From assembly GCA_965368975.1 (NCBI GenBank), contig CBDUPA010000007.1, positions 160,001 to 224,000 of the forward strand: a DNA stretch of 64,000 nucleotides, written 5' to 3'. The position numbers were made by a program, and so were the translations under genes. Below the pieces are notes generated by a model that did no database searches, was not told the origin of the DNA, and saw only the letters and a program-made list of their open reading frames with translations. The DNA comes from an uncultured bacterium (GTDB lineage Bacteria > Acidobacteriota > Thermoanaerobaculia > Multivoradales > JAHZIX01). Below are positions 9,335-20,343 of the stretch, piece by piece; position 1 is the stretch's first letter, and each line of letters begins with the position of its first letter.

Positions 9335-10294
9335 TTACAGACTGGGCTTGTAGGTGGCGAGTGCGTTCAGCGCGCGCGTCACCTGACCCGGCGTGAACTC
9401 GTACATGCAGGGGTTGTCGGTGTAGTCCATGTAGTTGTGGATCGGGTCGACACCGGTGCTGGAGCAGGTGTCACGGCCGACGGGGCAACCGCTGCCCGGG
9501 GAGGCCTCGAACGGGGTGTCGGCGACGGAGTCGCCGGGTGCCGAGCAGCCACCCTGGAAGGTGTGGTAGAGGCCAACCCAGTGACCGACCTCGTGGACCA
9601 TGATGTCACCCAGGTTGTAGGGAGCGGCGGAGCCTCCCGGCAGCGTGGCGTAGCTGATCAGCACGCCGTGACGGTAGCTGTCTTCCGGGTAGGACCACGG
9701 GAAGGTGGCCCGGCCCAGCAGGCCGCCCGAGGGACCGCAGGAGTAGACGTTCAGGTGGGTGGCCGGGGAAACGGCCAGGGAGGCGCGCATCTGCTGCTCG
9801 TTGCGTGAGTTGTCACAGCGGTCGAACCAGCTGCGGTTCTCGGTACGGTCAATGCTGTCGAGCGTGAAGCTGACGCCCATGCCAGCGTAGGCCGCGTTCA
9901 TCACTGCGACCTGATCGATGACCTGCTGATCGGTGACGTTACCCACCGTGTTGCCGCGCTGCTTCTTGGTGATCACGTGCCAGGCGACCTGGACGTTGAT
10001 GGCGGCCTTGTCCGTGGCGCCGTTCTCGGCGACGTGGTTGCGGATCAGGGTGTCGACGGCTTCCTGGGTACGCGCGTCCGGGGCGGCGACGCCACACAGC
10101 TGGCCACGACGAATCTCGCCGTTCTCGTTCAGGAAGTGGATGTCCGGCTGGACGCCACCACGGTCGGTCCGTCCCTCGACGGAAGCGAGGCTGTTGGGAT
10201 GCGAGTCTTCCGGGGCGGCGATGGCGTCCGCCAGGACGCCGGTGGCGCCGCAGAACAGGAAGGTGGCGGCGAGAATCGAGGCAGCTTTCTTCAC
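9335..10294 (-). CDS. Secreted M43 zinc metalloprotease, copy 2 (most divergent)
   Basis: GTG start after AGGAG; signal peptide; QLCG switch; HEVGHWVGLYH; NYMDY. Confidence 0.92.
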   Translation of the reverse strand: MKKAASILAATFLFCGATGVLADAIAAPEDSHPNSLASVEGRTDRGGVQPDIHFLNENGEIRRGQLCGVAAPDARTQEAVDTLIRNHVAENGATDKAAINVQVAWHVITKKQRGNTVGNVTDQQVIDQVAVMNAAYAGMGVSFTLDSIDRTENRSWFDRCDNSRNEQQMRASLAVSPATHLNVYSCGPSGGLLGRATFPWSYPEDSYRHGVLISYATLPGGSAAPYNLGDIMVHEVGHWVGLYHTFQGGCSAPGDSVADTPFEASPGSGCPVGRDTCSSTGVDPIHNYMDYTDNPCMYEFTPGQVTRALNALATYKPSL

Positions 10295-10417
10295 GAGGTT
10301 TCTCCTGGTTTCCGGCCGCACTCGATTGTTCTCGGGCGGCTTCGGAGAGAGTTGGGGGGGTGCTGTTTCAGATCGGATTCAAGTGACGGTCATCGGGACC
10401 GGGGAAGTCGGGGCCTG

Positions 10418-10446
10418 AAAAAGCCGGCTCCGAGGTGGAGCCGGCT
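10418..10446 (-). terminator. Intrinsic terminator after M43 copy 3
   Basis: AGCCGGCTCC-gaggt-GGAGCCGGCT with a minus-strand T run. Confidence 0.8.
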
Positions 10447-10499
10447 GGTCCCGTCCGAACCCCTGCTATGCAGGAGTTGTGGTCGGAGTCTCTGCCGTC

Positions 10500-11414
10500 T
10501 TACAGGCTGGGACGATAGGTGGCGCACATGGTCTGCATGCGCGAAGCCTGGTCGGACGTGAAGGTGTTCATGCAGCTATCGTCGGTGTAGTCCATGAAGT
10601 TGTAGATGGGATCCAGGCCGGCGCTCGAGCAGCTGTCACGGCCGACGGGGCAGCCGTAAGCCGGCGAAGCCTCGTACGGGGTGTCAGCGACGGAGTCGCC
10701 AGGCGCCGAGCAACCACCCTGGAAGGTGTGGTAGAGGCCGAGGTAGTGGCCGACTTCATGGGTCGCGGTGTCACCCAGGTTGTAGGGAGCAGCCGAGCCG
10801 CCGGGCAGCGAGGAGTGCAGCAGGACGACGCCATGGCGGTAGTCGCTCTCGGCGAAGGACCACGGGAAGTAGGCCCAGCCCAGGATGCCGTTGCTCGGGT
10901 TGCAGCTGTAGATGTTCAGGTGAGTCGAGGGATCGACGGCCAGGGCGGACTTCATCTGGTTCTCGGTGTTGCCGTTGTAGCAGCGGTCGAACCACTTGCG
11001 GCTGTTCGTGCGCGTGGTGGTCGCCAGGTTGAACGAGAAGCCGGTGCCGGCGTAGGCGGCGTTGAGCACGGACATCTGGTTGGCGATCTGCGTGTCGGAC
11101 ACGTTGCCGATGGTGTTGCCGCGCTGGGTCTTGTAGACCACGTGCCAGGCAACCTGGATGGTGCCGGCGGCCTTCTCGGGGGCGCCGTTCTCGGCGATGT
11201 AGCTCTGCACGTAGGACTCGATGGCCGCGGCGGTGCGGGCGTCGACAGCCGGGGCGCCACAGCGGGTGCCGCGGACCAGGTCGCCATCCTGGTTCAGGAA
11301 GTGGACGTCGTGGGTGACCTCGGGGGCATCAGCGCGGCTGATGCGCTCCGCGGTGACGCTCATGGCGCCACAAAGCAGGAACAGGGCACAAAGGATCGAG
11401 ACAGACTTACGCAT
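10500..11414 (-). CDS. Secreted M43 zinc metalloprotease, copy 3
   Basis: MRKSVSILCALFLLCG signal, GTRCG, HEVGHYLGLYH, NFMDY. Confidence 0.94.
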   Translation of the reverse strand: MRKSVSILCALFLLCGAMSVTAERISRADAPEVTHDVHFLNQDGDLVRGTRCGAPAVDARTAAAIESYVQSYIAENGAPEKAAGTIQVAWHVVYKTQRGNTIGNVSDTQIANQMSVLNAAYAGTGFSFNLATTTRTNSRKWFDRCYNGNTENQMKSALAVDPSTHLNIYSCNPSNGILGWAYFPWSFAESDYRHGVVLLHSSLPGGSAAPYNLGDTATHEVGHYLGLYHTFQGGCSAPGDSVADTPYEASPAYGCPVGRDSCSSAGLDPIYNFMDYTDDSCMNTFTSDQASRMQTMCATYRPSL

Positions 11415-11589
11415 GGGTAGGGATCTCCTGCTGTCGATCCGAATACAAGTTGCTCATGACACATTCTCGAAATCCCTGCTCACGCAGGAAACGCAGGAAT
11501 GCTGTATGACCGAACTCGATCGGCTCAACAGAAATAATGGGGTTTTACGGACAAGGACCCGAACAAGGGATGTAATCTGAAGCGTTGTG

Positions 11590-11618
11590 AGTGTATGGAT
11601 GCCAGTAAGGCATGTCAA
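11590..11618 (-). promoter_or_regulatory. sigma70-type promoter for M43 copy 3
   Basis: Minus strand TTGACA (11618-11613), 17 nt, TACACT (11595-11590). Confidence 0.75.
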
Positions 11619-11704
11619 GAGTTTTTTGCGGACCCCGGCGGATTACAAGTATGGAAATGTTGCTATGTCCTCCGCGGCAGTTGCTCCCGTCAAAAAGAGA
11701 GGGT

Positions 11705-11741
11705 AAGAGAAAGAGCCGACCTCCGGAAGAAGGTCGGCTCT
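11705..11741 (-). terminator. Intrinsic terminator after M43 copy 4
   Basis: AGAGCCGACCT-8 nt-AGGTCGGCTCT, with a pyrimidine-rich tail on the minus strand. Confidence 0.75.
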
Positions 11742-11832
11742 AAGACCGCTCGATGCGGTACGTCGCAGCTGCAAAGTTCCCGGCCAGGTGCATGAGCCCT
11801 GACGGTCAGCTTCCAGGCTGGGACGAATCAGC

Positions 11833-12744
11833 TTACAGGCTGGGACGATAGGTAGCGCACATGGTCTGCATGCGCGTCGCCTGGTCGGCCGTGAAGGTGT
11901 TCATGCAGGAGTCGTCGGTGTAGTCCATGAAGTTGTAGATCGGGTCTGGGCCACCGCCGGCGCAGGTGTCACGGCCGACCGGGCAACCGTAGGCCGGGGA
12001 AGCCTCGGCCGGGGTGTCGGCGACGAAGTCACCGTTGCCGCTGCAGCCGCCCTGGAAGGTGTGGTAGAGACCCAGGTAGTGACCAACCTCGTGGGTGCCG
12101 GTGTCGCCGAGGTTGTACGGTGCGGCGGAGCCGCCGGGCAGCGAGGAGTAGAGCAGGACGACGCCGTGGCGGTAGTCGCTCTCGGCGAAGGACCAGGGGA
12201 AGTAGGCCCAACCCAGGATGCCGCCGCTCGGGTTGCAGCTGTAGATATTCAGAGTGGTCGCCGGGTTGACGTTGAGCGAGGATTTCATCTGGTTCTCGAC
12301 GTTGGTGGTGTAGCAGCGGTCGAACCAGCGGCGGTTGTTGGTGCGCGTGGTGGTCACCAGGTTGAACGAGAAGCCGGTGCCGGCGTAGGCGGCGTTGAGC
12401 ACGGCGATCTGGTTGTCGATCTGCGACTGCGGCACGTTACCGGTGGTGGTACCGCGACGAGTCTTGTAGATCACGTGGAAGGCGACATTGATGGAGCCAG
12501 CTGCCTTCTCGGGAGCACCGTTCTCGGCGATGTAGCGCTGCACGTAGGCATCAACGGCCTCGGCGGTACGCGGATCGACGGCCGGGGCGCCACAGCGGGT
12601 ACCACGGATCAGGTCGCCATGGTCGTCCAGGTAGTGGACATCGAAGGCGACGTCAGGGGCATCGCGGCTGACGCGCTCAGCGGCAACGCTCATGGCGCCG
12701 CAGAGCAGGAAGAGGGCACAGAGAATCGAGACAGACTTACGCAT
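11833..12744 (-). CDS. Secreted M43 zinc metalloprotease, copy 4
   Basis: AAGGAG RBS, same signal peptide as copy 3, HEVGHYLGLYH, NFMDY. Confidence 0.94.
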   Translation of the reverse strand: MRKSVSILCALFLLCGAMSVAAERVSRDAPDVAFDVHYLDDHGDLIRGTRCGAPAVDPRTAEAVDAYVQRYIAENGAPEKAAGSINVAFHVIYKTRRGTTTGNVPQSQIDNQIAVLNAAYAGTGFSFNLVTTTRTNNRRWFDRCYTTNVENQMKSSLNVNPATTLNIYSCNPSGGILGWAYFPWSFAESDYRHGVVLLYSSLPGGSAAPYNLGDTGTHEVGHYLGLYHTFQGGCSGNGDFVADTPAEASPAYGCPVGRDTCAGGGPDPIYNFMDYTDDSCMNTFTADQATRMQTMCATYRPSL

Positions 12745-12909
12745 GGATAGCGTCTCCTTGCATGTTCTGTACGAAGCGGGAGGTTCAACTCTGCTCGGAT
12801 ACACAAAGCCCCTCTACCAGGGAATCGTGATCAGAATGTGGGCAAAGTGAAGTCCGCCCCAGTACGGGGGATTATAGGACCCGGGAAAGTATGCTCAAAT
12901 GCGGCCATC

Positions 12910-12938
12910 AGTATAGGCGGTGGTTTTCAGGCTGTCAA
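12910..12938 (-). promoter_or_regulatory. sigma70-type promoter for M43 copy 4
   Basis: Minus strand TTGACA (12938-12933), 17 nt, TATACT (12915-12910); a second TATAAT at 12876-12871. Confidence 0.75.
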
Positions 12939-13208
12939 CCTTCCGGGGCGGGATCTTCTCGGGCCTTCGCAGTTCCCCGAGAGCCCGGGCTCACCTCCCG
13001 ACACAAGGGTGGGGGCAAGAATCTATCCCTGTGGGGTGTTCCTGACGGCGGTGACATGGATAGAATGGCTCTAGAACCACCCGCGCTGCCTGGCCGTGTT
13101 CGCTTCTCCGCGCGGATTTGCCAGACTGCGGGTGGCGACTCGCAGCGCGACCCTCGCATGGATGACATTCCCCCCGACACCGCAAGACCCGCAAACCCCA
13201 AGGATTGA

Positions 13209-14651
<1,443 letters not shown>

Positions 14652-14692
14652 ACTCTCGGAACTCGGTGCCTCGAAGCGAGGCGAGGAGGTTG

Positions 14693-17600
14693 ATGGAGTC
14701 TCACGAGCAGGAGAAGCGACCGTCGGACCAAGGGCAAGAGCAGCACGGCCAGGACGAGGCCGCGCTGCAGGTCGGCTTGGAGGATAACGCTCGGGTCGAG
14801 CGGCCTTTCCGATACCAGAACCTGATGAAGCATTTGGTGCGGGATATCCTGATGGTGGCCAGCGCCTACGACTGTTTCATCCTGGAGGAGGACGGCCGTT
14901 TCGCCGACCGCCTGCTCAACCAGTACGTGGAACTCGATCTCTCTTCGCCTCCGCACTTCCGTCACGTCGCGTCGGCACGCGAGGCCCTGGAGCTGGTGCG
15001 CAGTGAGCGCTTCGACCTGGTCCTGACGACGCCGCACTGCGCCGACATGCGCGCCGAGCGGCTGGCCGCGCAGCTGGCGGCTGAGCATTCCCATCTGCCG
15101 GTGGCGATGCTCACTTACGATCAGAGCGACGCCCTGCGCTACAGCCAAATGCCGCGCTCGGCCGGCATCGACGAGACCTTCCTGTGGACCGGCGACCCCA
15201 AGCTGTTGGTGGCCCTGGTCAAGTCGATCGAAGACCACCGCAATGTCGACCGCGACACCCGCGAGGGCATGGTGCGGGTGATCTTGTTGGTCGAGGACTC
15301 GCCGTCCTTCTACTCGTCCTATCTGCCGATCATCTACGGTGAGGTCGTCGCGCAGTTCCAGTCCTTGCTCGCCGAGCGGCTCAACGAGCGCGACCGCCGT
15401 CATCGCATGCGCGCGCGCCCGAAGATCTTGCTGGCGCGCAACTGGGAAGAGGCGGTGGATCTTTTTCATCGCTACAACGAGTTCTTGCTCGGCACGATCT
15501 GCGACATGCGGTTCCCGCGCGGTGGTCGTCTGGACCCCGACGCCGGTCGTGACTTCATCCGCTTGGTCCGCGAGAAACAGGCCGATGCGCCGGTGCTGCT
15601 GCAGTCCGGCGAGGCGGGGCACGCCAAGGTGGCGCGGGAGCTGAAGGTGCACTTCGCGGACAAGAACTCAAAGGAGTTGCTGGCCAGCCTCGGCGAGTTC
15701 ATCCGCAACAATTTCGGCTTCGGCCCCTTCCGGTTTCAACTGCCCGGCGGCAAGAAGATCGCCGTGGCGGCGGACATGGAATCGATGGTCGAGGCGCTGC
15801 GCACGGTTCCCGACGCCTCTTTGCTGTTCCACGGCCGTGGCAACCACATCTCGAACTGGCTGATGGCGCGCAGTGAATTCGGACTGGCGCAGGAAGTTCG
15901 TCCCAAGAAGGTGGGAGACTTCCCGACCACCGCCGACATGCGGACCTACCTGGTGAACAGCTTCAGTCACCACCTGGAGACACGCCAGCGCGGCGAGATC
16001 GCCGAGTTCGCGCGACATTCAGTGTCGATCACGCGTGAGTTCAGTCGCTTGGGCAGCGGGTCGATGGGCGGCAAGGGTCGTGGTATCGCTTTTCTCAGCC
16101 ATCTGCTGGTGGAGCGCGGCGTGCAGAGTCGCTATCCGGAAGTGCGCGTGCGCGTGCCGCGCACGGTGGTGATCGGTACCGACCTCTTCGATCGCTTCTG
16201 CGAGCACAAGAACCTACGCCAGCGGGCGCTCGAAGCCGAGAACGATCAGCAGGTCGTGCAACTGTTTCTGCAGCAGCCGTTGCCCAAGGAACTGGATGAA
16301 GATCTCGACGTGATCCTGGGGCAGATGGACGTGCCGATCGCGGTGCGTTCGTCGAGTCTGCACGAGGACTCCGAGTCCCTGCCGCTCGCCGGCCTTTTCA
16401 AGAGCTACATGCTGCCCAACTGCTCGCACTCGGACCGCGTGCGCAAGAGGCAGCTGAGTCGCGCCATCCGGCTGATCTATGCCACGCCCTTCTTGCACCC
16501 GGTGCGCTCCTACCTCGAGGCCAGTGCTCTGCGCGTGGAGGAAGAAAAGATGGCGGTGATCATCCAGGCCCTCGTCGGCCGCCGCCACGGCGACTACTTC
16601 TATCCCGATTTCGCCGGTGTCGCCCAGTCGTACAACTACTATCCGCTGCGTTTCATACAGCCCGACGATGGCATTGCCACCGTGGCTCTCGGCCTTGGGC
16701 AGACCATCGTCCGTGGGCGCAAGGCGCTGCGTTTCAGTCCGCGCTATCCGCGCATCCTGCCGCAGATGTCGACTCCCCAAGACGCTCTGCGCGCGTCGCA
16801 GCGCCAGTTCTTTGCCCTCGACCTGTCGGACAGCGAACTGGAGCCGCAGGTCGATGAGGACGCGCACTTGGTCACCTTCGGGCTCGAAGTTGCCGAGGAG
16901 CACGGAACACTCGAGGCGCTGGGCGCTACCTACTCGCCGGACAATGACGCCATCTACGACACCATCTACCGCGACGGGGCTCGCCTGGTGAACTTCGCTG
17001 GTGTCCTCAAGCACGGTCGCTTTCCGCTGGCACCTCTGCTCACCGACCTGCTGGCGATGGGACAGGAAGGCATGGGGATGCCAATCGAGATGGAGTTTGC
17101 GGTCACCCTGCCCGCGGACAAGAACGCCGAGACCAGCTCTCCGCCCGAGATCGCGCTGCTGCAGCTGCGGCCGCTGGTGACGCAGAGCGGCGACCGCCAG
17201 GTCGACATCGACGAGTTGCCCGAGGATCGCGTGCCGCTGATCGTCGGAACGGCGTTGGGCAACGGCGTCATCCGAGGGATTCGTGACGTTGTCTACGTCA
17301 ATCCTGACCTGCGCTTCGAGGCCGACCACAACCGCCGCTTGGCGCGCCAGATCGAGGTGCTCAACCATCGCTTGTCGCAGGCGTCGCGTCCCTACATCCT
17401 GATCGGCCCCGGCCGCTGGGGTACCGCTGACCCGTGGCTCGGCATCCCAGTGACCTGGGCCCAGGTCTCGGCCGCGCGCGTGATCGTCGAATTGGAACTG
17501 CCCGGGTCGCACATCGACGCCTCGCAGGGCACCCACTTCTTCCACAATCTGACGTCGCTACGCATTGGTTACTTCGGTGTCGATCTCGGCAACTCCGTGC

Positions 17601-17758
17601 ACTACATTGACCTGGACTGGTTGCACAGCCTCAAGAGTGACGCCGGAGCCGGCTTTCTGCACTACGTGGAACTGCCAGAGGAAGTCGAGGTGCACATCGA
17701 CGGCCGCACCGGACGTGGCGTCGTGGTGCGCGTTCCCGCCGCCGAAACCCTCACATGA
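14693..17758 (+). CDS. Receiver-like domains + PEP-synthase/PPDK-type ATP-grasp + His-swivel-like domain (no PEP-binding barrel)
   Basis: ILMVASAYDCFILEEDG, VILLVEDSPSFYS, GSMGGKGRG, AVRSSS..ED, EEEKMAVIIQ, GPGRWG..DPWLGIPV, SQGTHFFHNLTS. GGAGG RBS. Confidence 0.85.
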   Translation: MESHEQEKRPSDQGQEQHGQDEAALQVGLEDNARVERPFRYQNLMKHLVRDILMVASAYDCFILEEDGRFADRLLNQYVELDLSSPPHFRHVASAREALELVRSERFDLVLTTPHCADMRAERLAAQLAAEHSHLPVAMLTYDQSDALRYSQMPRSAGIDETFLWTGDPKLLVALVKSIEDHRNVDRDTREGMVRVILLVEDSPSFYSSYLPIIYGEVVAQFQSLLAERLNERDRRHRMRARPKILLARNWEEAVDLFHRYNEFLLGTICDMRFPRGGRLDPDAGRDFIRLVREKQADAPVLLQSGEAGHAKVARELKVHFADKNSKELLASLGEFIRNNFGFGPFRFQLPGGKKIAVAADMESMVEALRTVPDASLLFHGRGNHISNWLMARSEFGLAQEVRPKKVGDFPTTADMRTYLVNSFSHHLETRQRGEIAEFARHSVSITREFSRLGSGSMGGKGRGIAFLSHLLVERGVQSRYPEVRVRVPRTVVIGTDLFDRFCEHKNLRQRALEAENDQQVVQLFLQQPLPKELDEDLDVILGQMDVPIAVRSSSLHEDSESLPLAGLFKSYMLPNCSHSDRVRKRQLSRAIRLIYATPFLHPVRSYLEASALRVEEEKMAVIIQALVGRRHGDYFYPDFAGVAQSYNYYPLRFIQPDDGIATVALGLGQTIVRGRKALRFSPRYPRILPQMSTPQDALRASQRQFFALDLSDSELEPQVDEDAHLVTFGLEVAEEHGTLEALGATYSPDNDAIYDTIYRDGARLVNFAGVLKHGRFPLAPLLTDLLAMGQEGMGMPIEMEFAVTLPADKNAETSSPPEIALLQLRPLVTQSGDRQVDIDELPEDRVPLIVGTALGNGVIRGIRDVVYVNPDLRFEADHNRRLARQIEVLNHRLSQASRPYILIGPGRWGTADPWLGIPVTWAQVSAARVIVELELPGSHIDASQGTHFFHNLTSLRIGYFGVDLGNSVHYIDLDWLHSLKSDAGAGFLHYVELPEEVEVHIDGRTGRGVVVRVPAAETLT

Positions 17759-19956
17759 GCGACGCTCTTTCTGTTGCGGGGCGCGTCCTCGTCCTCGGTT
17801 CCGGCTCGGCAGCGCGAGCGATCCAGCGACTGCTCGCCGACGCCAGTTTCGCGCACGTGCAGGCACAACCGGAGTTGGCACCGGCCTCCCTAGCCGATGC
17901 CGATCTCGTCATCTGCGTTTTTGGTGTCGACACCCCTGCGGCGATCGCACACGGTGTCGAGCAAGCCTGCCTGGACGCCGGTACTCCCTGCCTCTTCGTC
18001 GGTCCCCTGGGGGATGAGCTCGCGGTCGGCCCGCTGGTCCGGCGTGCGGTGGCGCGGCGCGGCGGAGGTTGTTCGTCCTGCCTGGAGCGTCCGCCCTGGC
18101 CCGACTTGTTGCACGCCGCGAAGATGTCTGCGTATACGGAGCAACTCGCAGCAGCCGTAGCGCTACGCGAGGCTCACCGGCTGTTGGTTCTGGGGGCGCA
18201 AGGTGAATTGGTCGCCAAGCGTACTCTGCTCGATGCGCAAGGGCGCTCCCGTCTCGAACGCTTGGCCCACCGCCCCGGCTGTGCACGCTGCGGCACGCCC
18301 GCGACCGTCGAACTGCACCGTCTCGCCGACCTGCATCGCGCCGCCGAGCGCTTCGTACAGCCTACGCGGCGCCGCGTCACGGATCCCGCTTCCGGAAGGT
18401 CCACTGGAGAACCAAGGGTGCGCCGCGTAGGCATCCTGGGTGGTGGTAGCGCCGGCTACCTTGCCGCGTTGGTCTTGCGCCGCAAGCTGCCGAGCGTCGA
18501 GGTGACGGTAATCGCGTCCTCGGACATCCCCGTCATCGGCGTCGGCGAAGCCAGCACACCGCTGCTGCCGGCCCTATTGCATGGCACCCTCGGCCTCGAT
18601 CTCCCCGACTTCTTCCGTCGTGCCCAGCCGACGCTCAAGCTGGGTATTCACTTCGACTGGGGATCGCAGGTAGGGGCCGGCTTTCACTATCCCTTCGACC
18701 GCGGTCCGCTACTCGAATCCCTGCACTACGAAGGCCACATCAACGCGTACTGTCCGTCGTCCCTGCTCATGACCGCTGGCCGTGCTCCCTTGCTGCGCCT
18801 GGGCGATGGCTCCTTGCGCTGGCTCGGTGCGCCGTTCGCCTACCACGTCGACAATCGCCGCTTCGTCCACTACCTCCAAGAGGAGGCCGAGCGCGCCGGT
18901 GTCACGACGCTGGACCGGCTCGTCGAGCGCGCCGACGTCGGGGAACTGGCGGAGGGTGAGAAGGTCGTCGAGGCGTTGTACACCGACCGTGGCGAGTGTC
19001 TCGAAGCCGACCTATGGATCGACGCGTCCGGCTTCCGCTCGTTCCTGCTCGGCGATGTCCTCGAGGTTCCCTTCGTCGATTTCGCCCCCAGCCTGTTCAC
19101 CAACGCTGCTCTCGCTGCTCCGCTGCCGCGGCCGAGGGAGGCCGAGTTACCGCCGTACACCACGGCGGCCACCTGGGACCACGGCTGGAGCTGGCGCATC
19201 CCGCAGCTGGAAGAAGACCACGTCGGCTATGTCTTCTCGACCGCTCACGCCTCTGCCGAACAGGCCGAGCGCGAGTTCCGCCAGGCCTACCCCGGCGTTG
19301 CGGATCCCCGGCTCTTGCATTTCCGGCCCGGCCGGCGTGCCAACGCGTGGGTGGGCAATGTCGTCGGACTCGGCAACGCCTACGGCTTCGTCGAACCGCT
19401 GGAGTCGACCTCGCTGCACATGATCGCCTTGACCACCGTCTTGCTCGTCCAGCACTTTCCGCAAGGCTCGACGCAGTGCCGCGACGAGCCGACATCGCGC
19501 CGCAGCTTCAATCGCTACATCGGTGATTTCTGGGACGAACTCCGCTGGTTCCTGGCGCTGCACTTCAAGTTCAACCAGCGTCGCGACACTGGGTTCTGGC
19601 GCGCTTGCCGTGCCGAGGTCGACGTCAGTGGTGCTCAGGCGACCCTCGACCTGTTCCGCGAACGTGCACCACTCTCCTACCGCCCACACCTCGAAGACTT
19701 CGATCCTCTGTGGGGTGACTTCGGGCGTGACGTGATCCTGATGGGCCAGGACGTCAAGGGTGGATGGGGGGCACCAAGGCTGAGTCCGGAGCAGTGGGCG
19801 CGGACGATGGAACACGGCCGCGCGCTCGTCGAGGCGGCGCTGCCGCATGGGGAAGTCCTGCGACTACTGCAAGAGCAGCCGGAGGTCGGCTGGCAGCTGC
19901 AGGCCGGTGCATCGTGGCTGAGTGATGCGGCGGTCGGCGGACGGCGGGGTTGGTAG
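17755..19956 (+). CDS. ThiF/E1-like (TOMM scaffold-type) domain fused to a flavin-dependent tryptophan-type halogenase
   Basis: N-terminal domain: VLVLGSGSAA, ADLVI, ACLDAGTPCL, VGPLV, CSSC and CARC. C-terminal domain: GGGSAG, GVGEAS, TLKLGIHFDWG (catalytic Lys), AYHVDN, IDASGF, WSWRIP, FVEPLEST. ATGA overlap with the upstream gene. Confidence 0.88.
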   Translation: MSDALSVAGRVLVLGSGSAARAIQRLLADASFAHVQAQPELAPASLADADLVICVFGVDTPAAIAHGVEQACLDAGTPCLFVGPLGDELAVGPLVRRAVARRGGGCSSCLERPPWPDLLHAAKMSAYTEQLAAAVALREAHRLLVLGAQGELVAKRTLLDAQGRSRLERLAHRPGCARCGTPATVELHRLADLHRAAERFVQPTRRRVTDPASGRSTGEPRVRRVGILGGGSAGYLAALVLRRKLPSVEVTVIASSDIPVIGVGEASTPLLPALLHGTLGLDLPDFFRRAQPTLKLGIHFDWGSQVGAGFHYPFDRGPLLESLHYEGHINAYCPSSLLMTAGRAPLLRLGDGSLRWLGAPFAYHVDNRRFVHYLQEEAERAGVTTLDRLVERADVGELAEGEKVVEALYTDRGECLEADLWIDASGFRSFLLGDVLEVPFVDFAPSLFTNAALAAPLPRPREAELPPYTTAATWDHGWSWRIPQLEEDHVGYVFSTAHASAEQAEREFRQAYPGVADPRLLHFRPGRRANAWVGNVVGLGNAYGFVEPLESTSLHMIALTTVLLVQHFPQGSTQCRDEPTSRRSFNRYIGDFWDELRWFLALHFKFNQRRDTGFWRACRAEVDVSGAQATLDLFRERAPLSYRPHLEDFDPLWGDFGRDVILMGQDVKGGWGAPRLSPEQWARTMEHGRALVEAALPHGEVLRLLQEQPEVGWQLQAGASWLSDAAVGGRRGW

Positions 19957-20030
19957 CGCGGGCGACCAGGTTGGGCACCAGGAGGGCTTGGATAGACGCT
20001 CTCGTCGCACCCTGCGTATGCTATTTAGAC

Positions 20031-20105
20031 ATGAACCTGGCAATCTCCTCGATCGTCGCTTCGCTGGCACGCTAGCCGTCAGCGGAGCGGCGGTTCTCCT
20101 CGCTC
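20031..20105 (+). pseudogene. Frameshifted duplicate of the first 25 codons of the hydrolase gene at 21641
   Basis: Manual alignment to 21641-21716 gives 68 of 76 positions identical, with one 1-bp deletion after codon 4. Confidence 0.85.
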
Positions 20106-20343
20106 GGGAGTCGTTCTAGACCGGTGCAAGCCAGTACAGGGACACAGGAATCGAGCCAGATAGACGTCTTTCCACGCTCCAGGAAGGCGTGATAAAGTCT
20201 CATTCATCTTGATTTCATTGCGCTTTTCGGAAGTGTGTAGATTTCGGAGTCCACTTCGGAATCGCTAAGGACAATTCAGCCGAAGGCTCGCTCTCGCCCT
20301 GGTCGTCGAGGCGCTTTCGGCTGCCGATCCAAGGAGGGATCCC

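Noticed and set aside
19922-20119. 65-aa ORF as a RiPP precursor for the halogenase
   Set aside because: Contains no Trp, has no leader/core pattern, and its 3' half is the frameshifted hydrolase duplicate.
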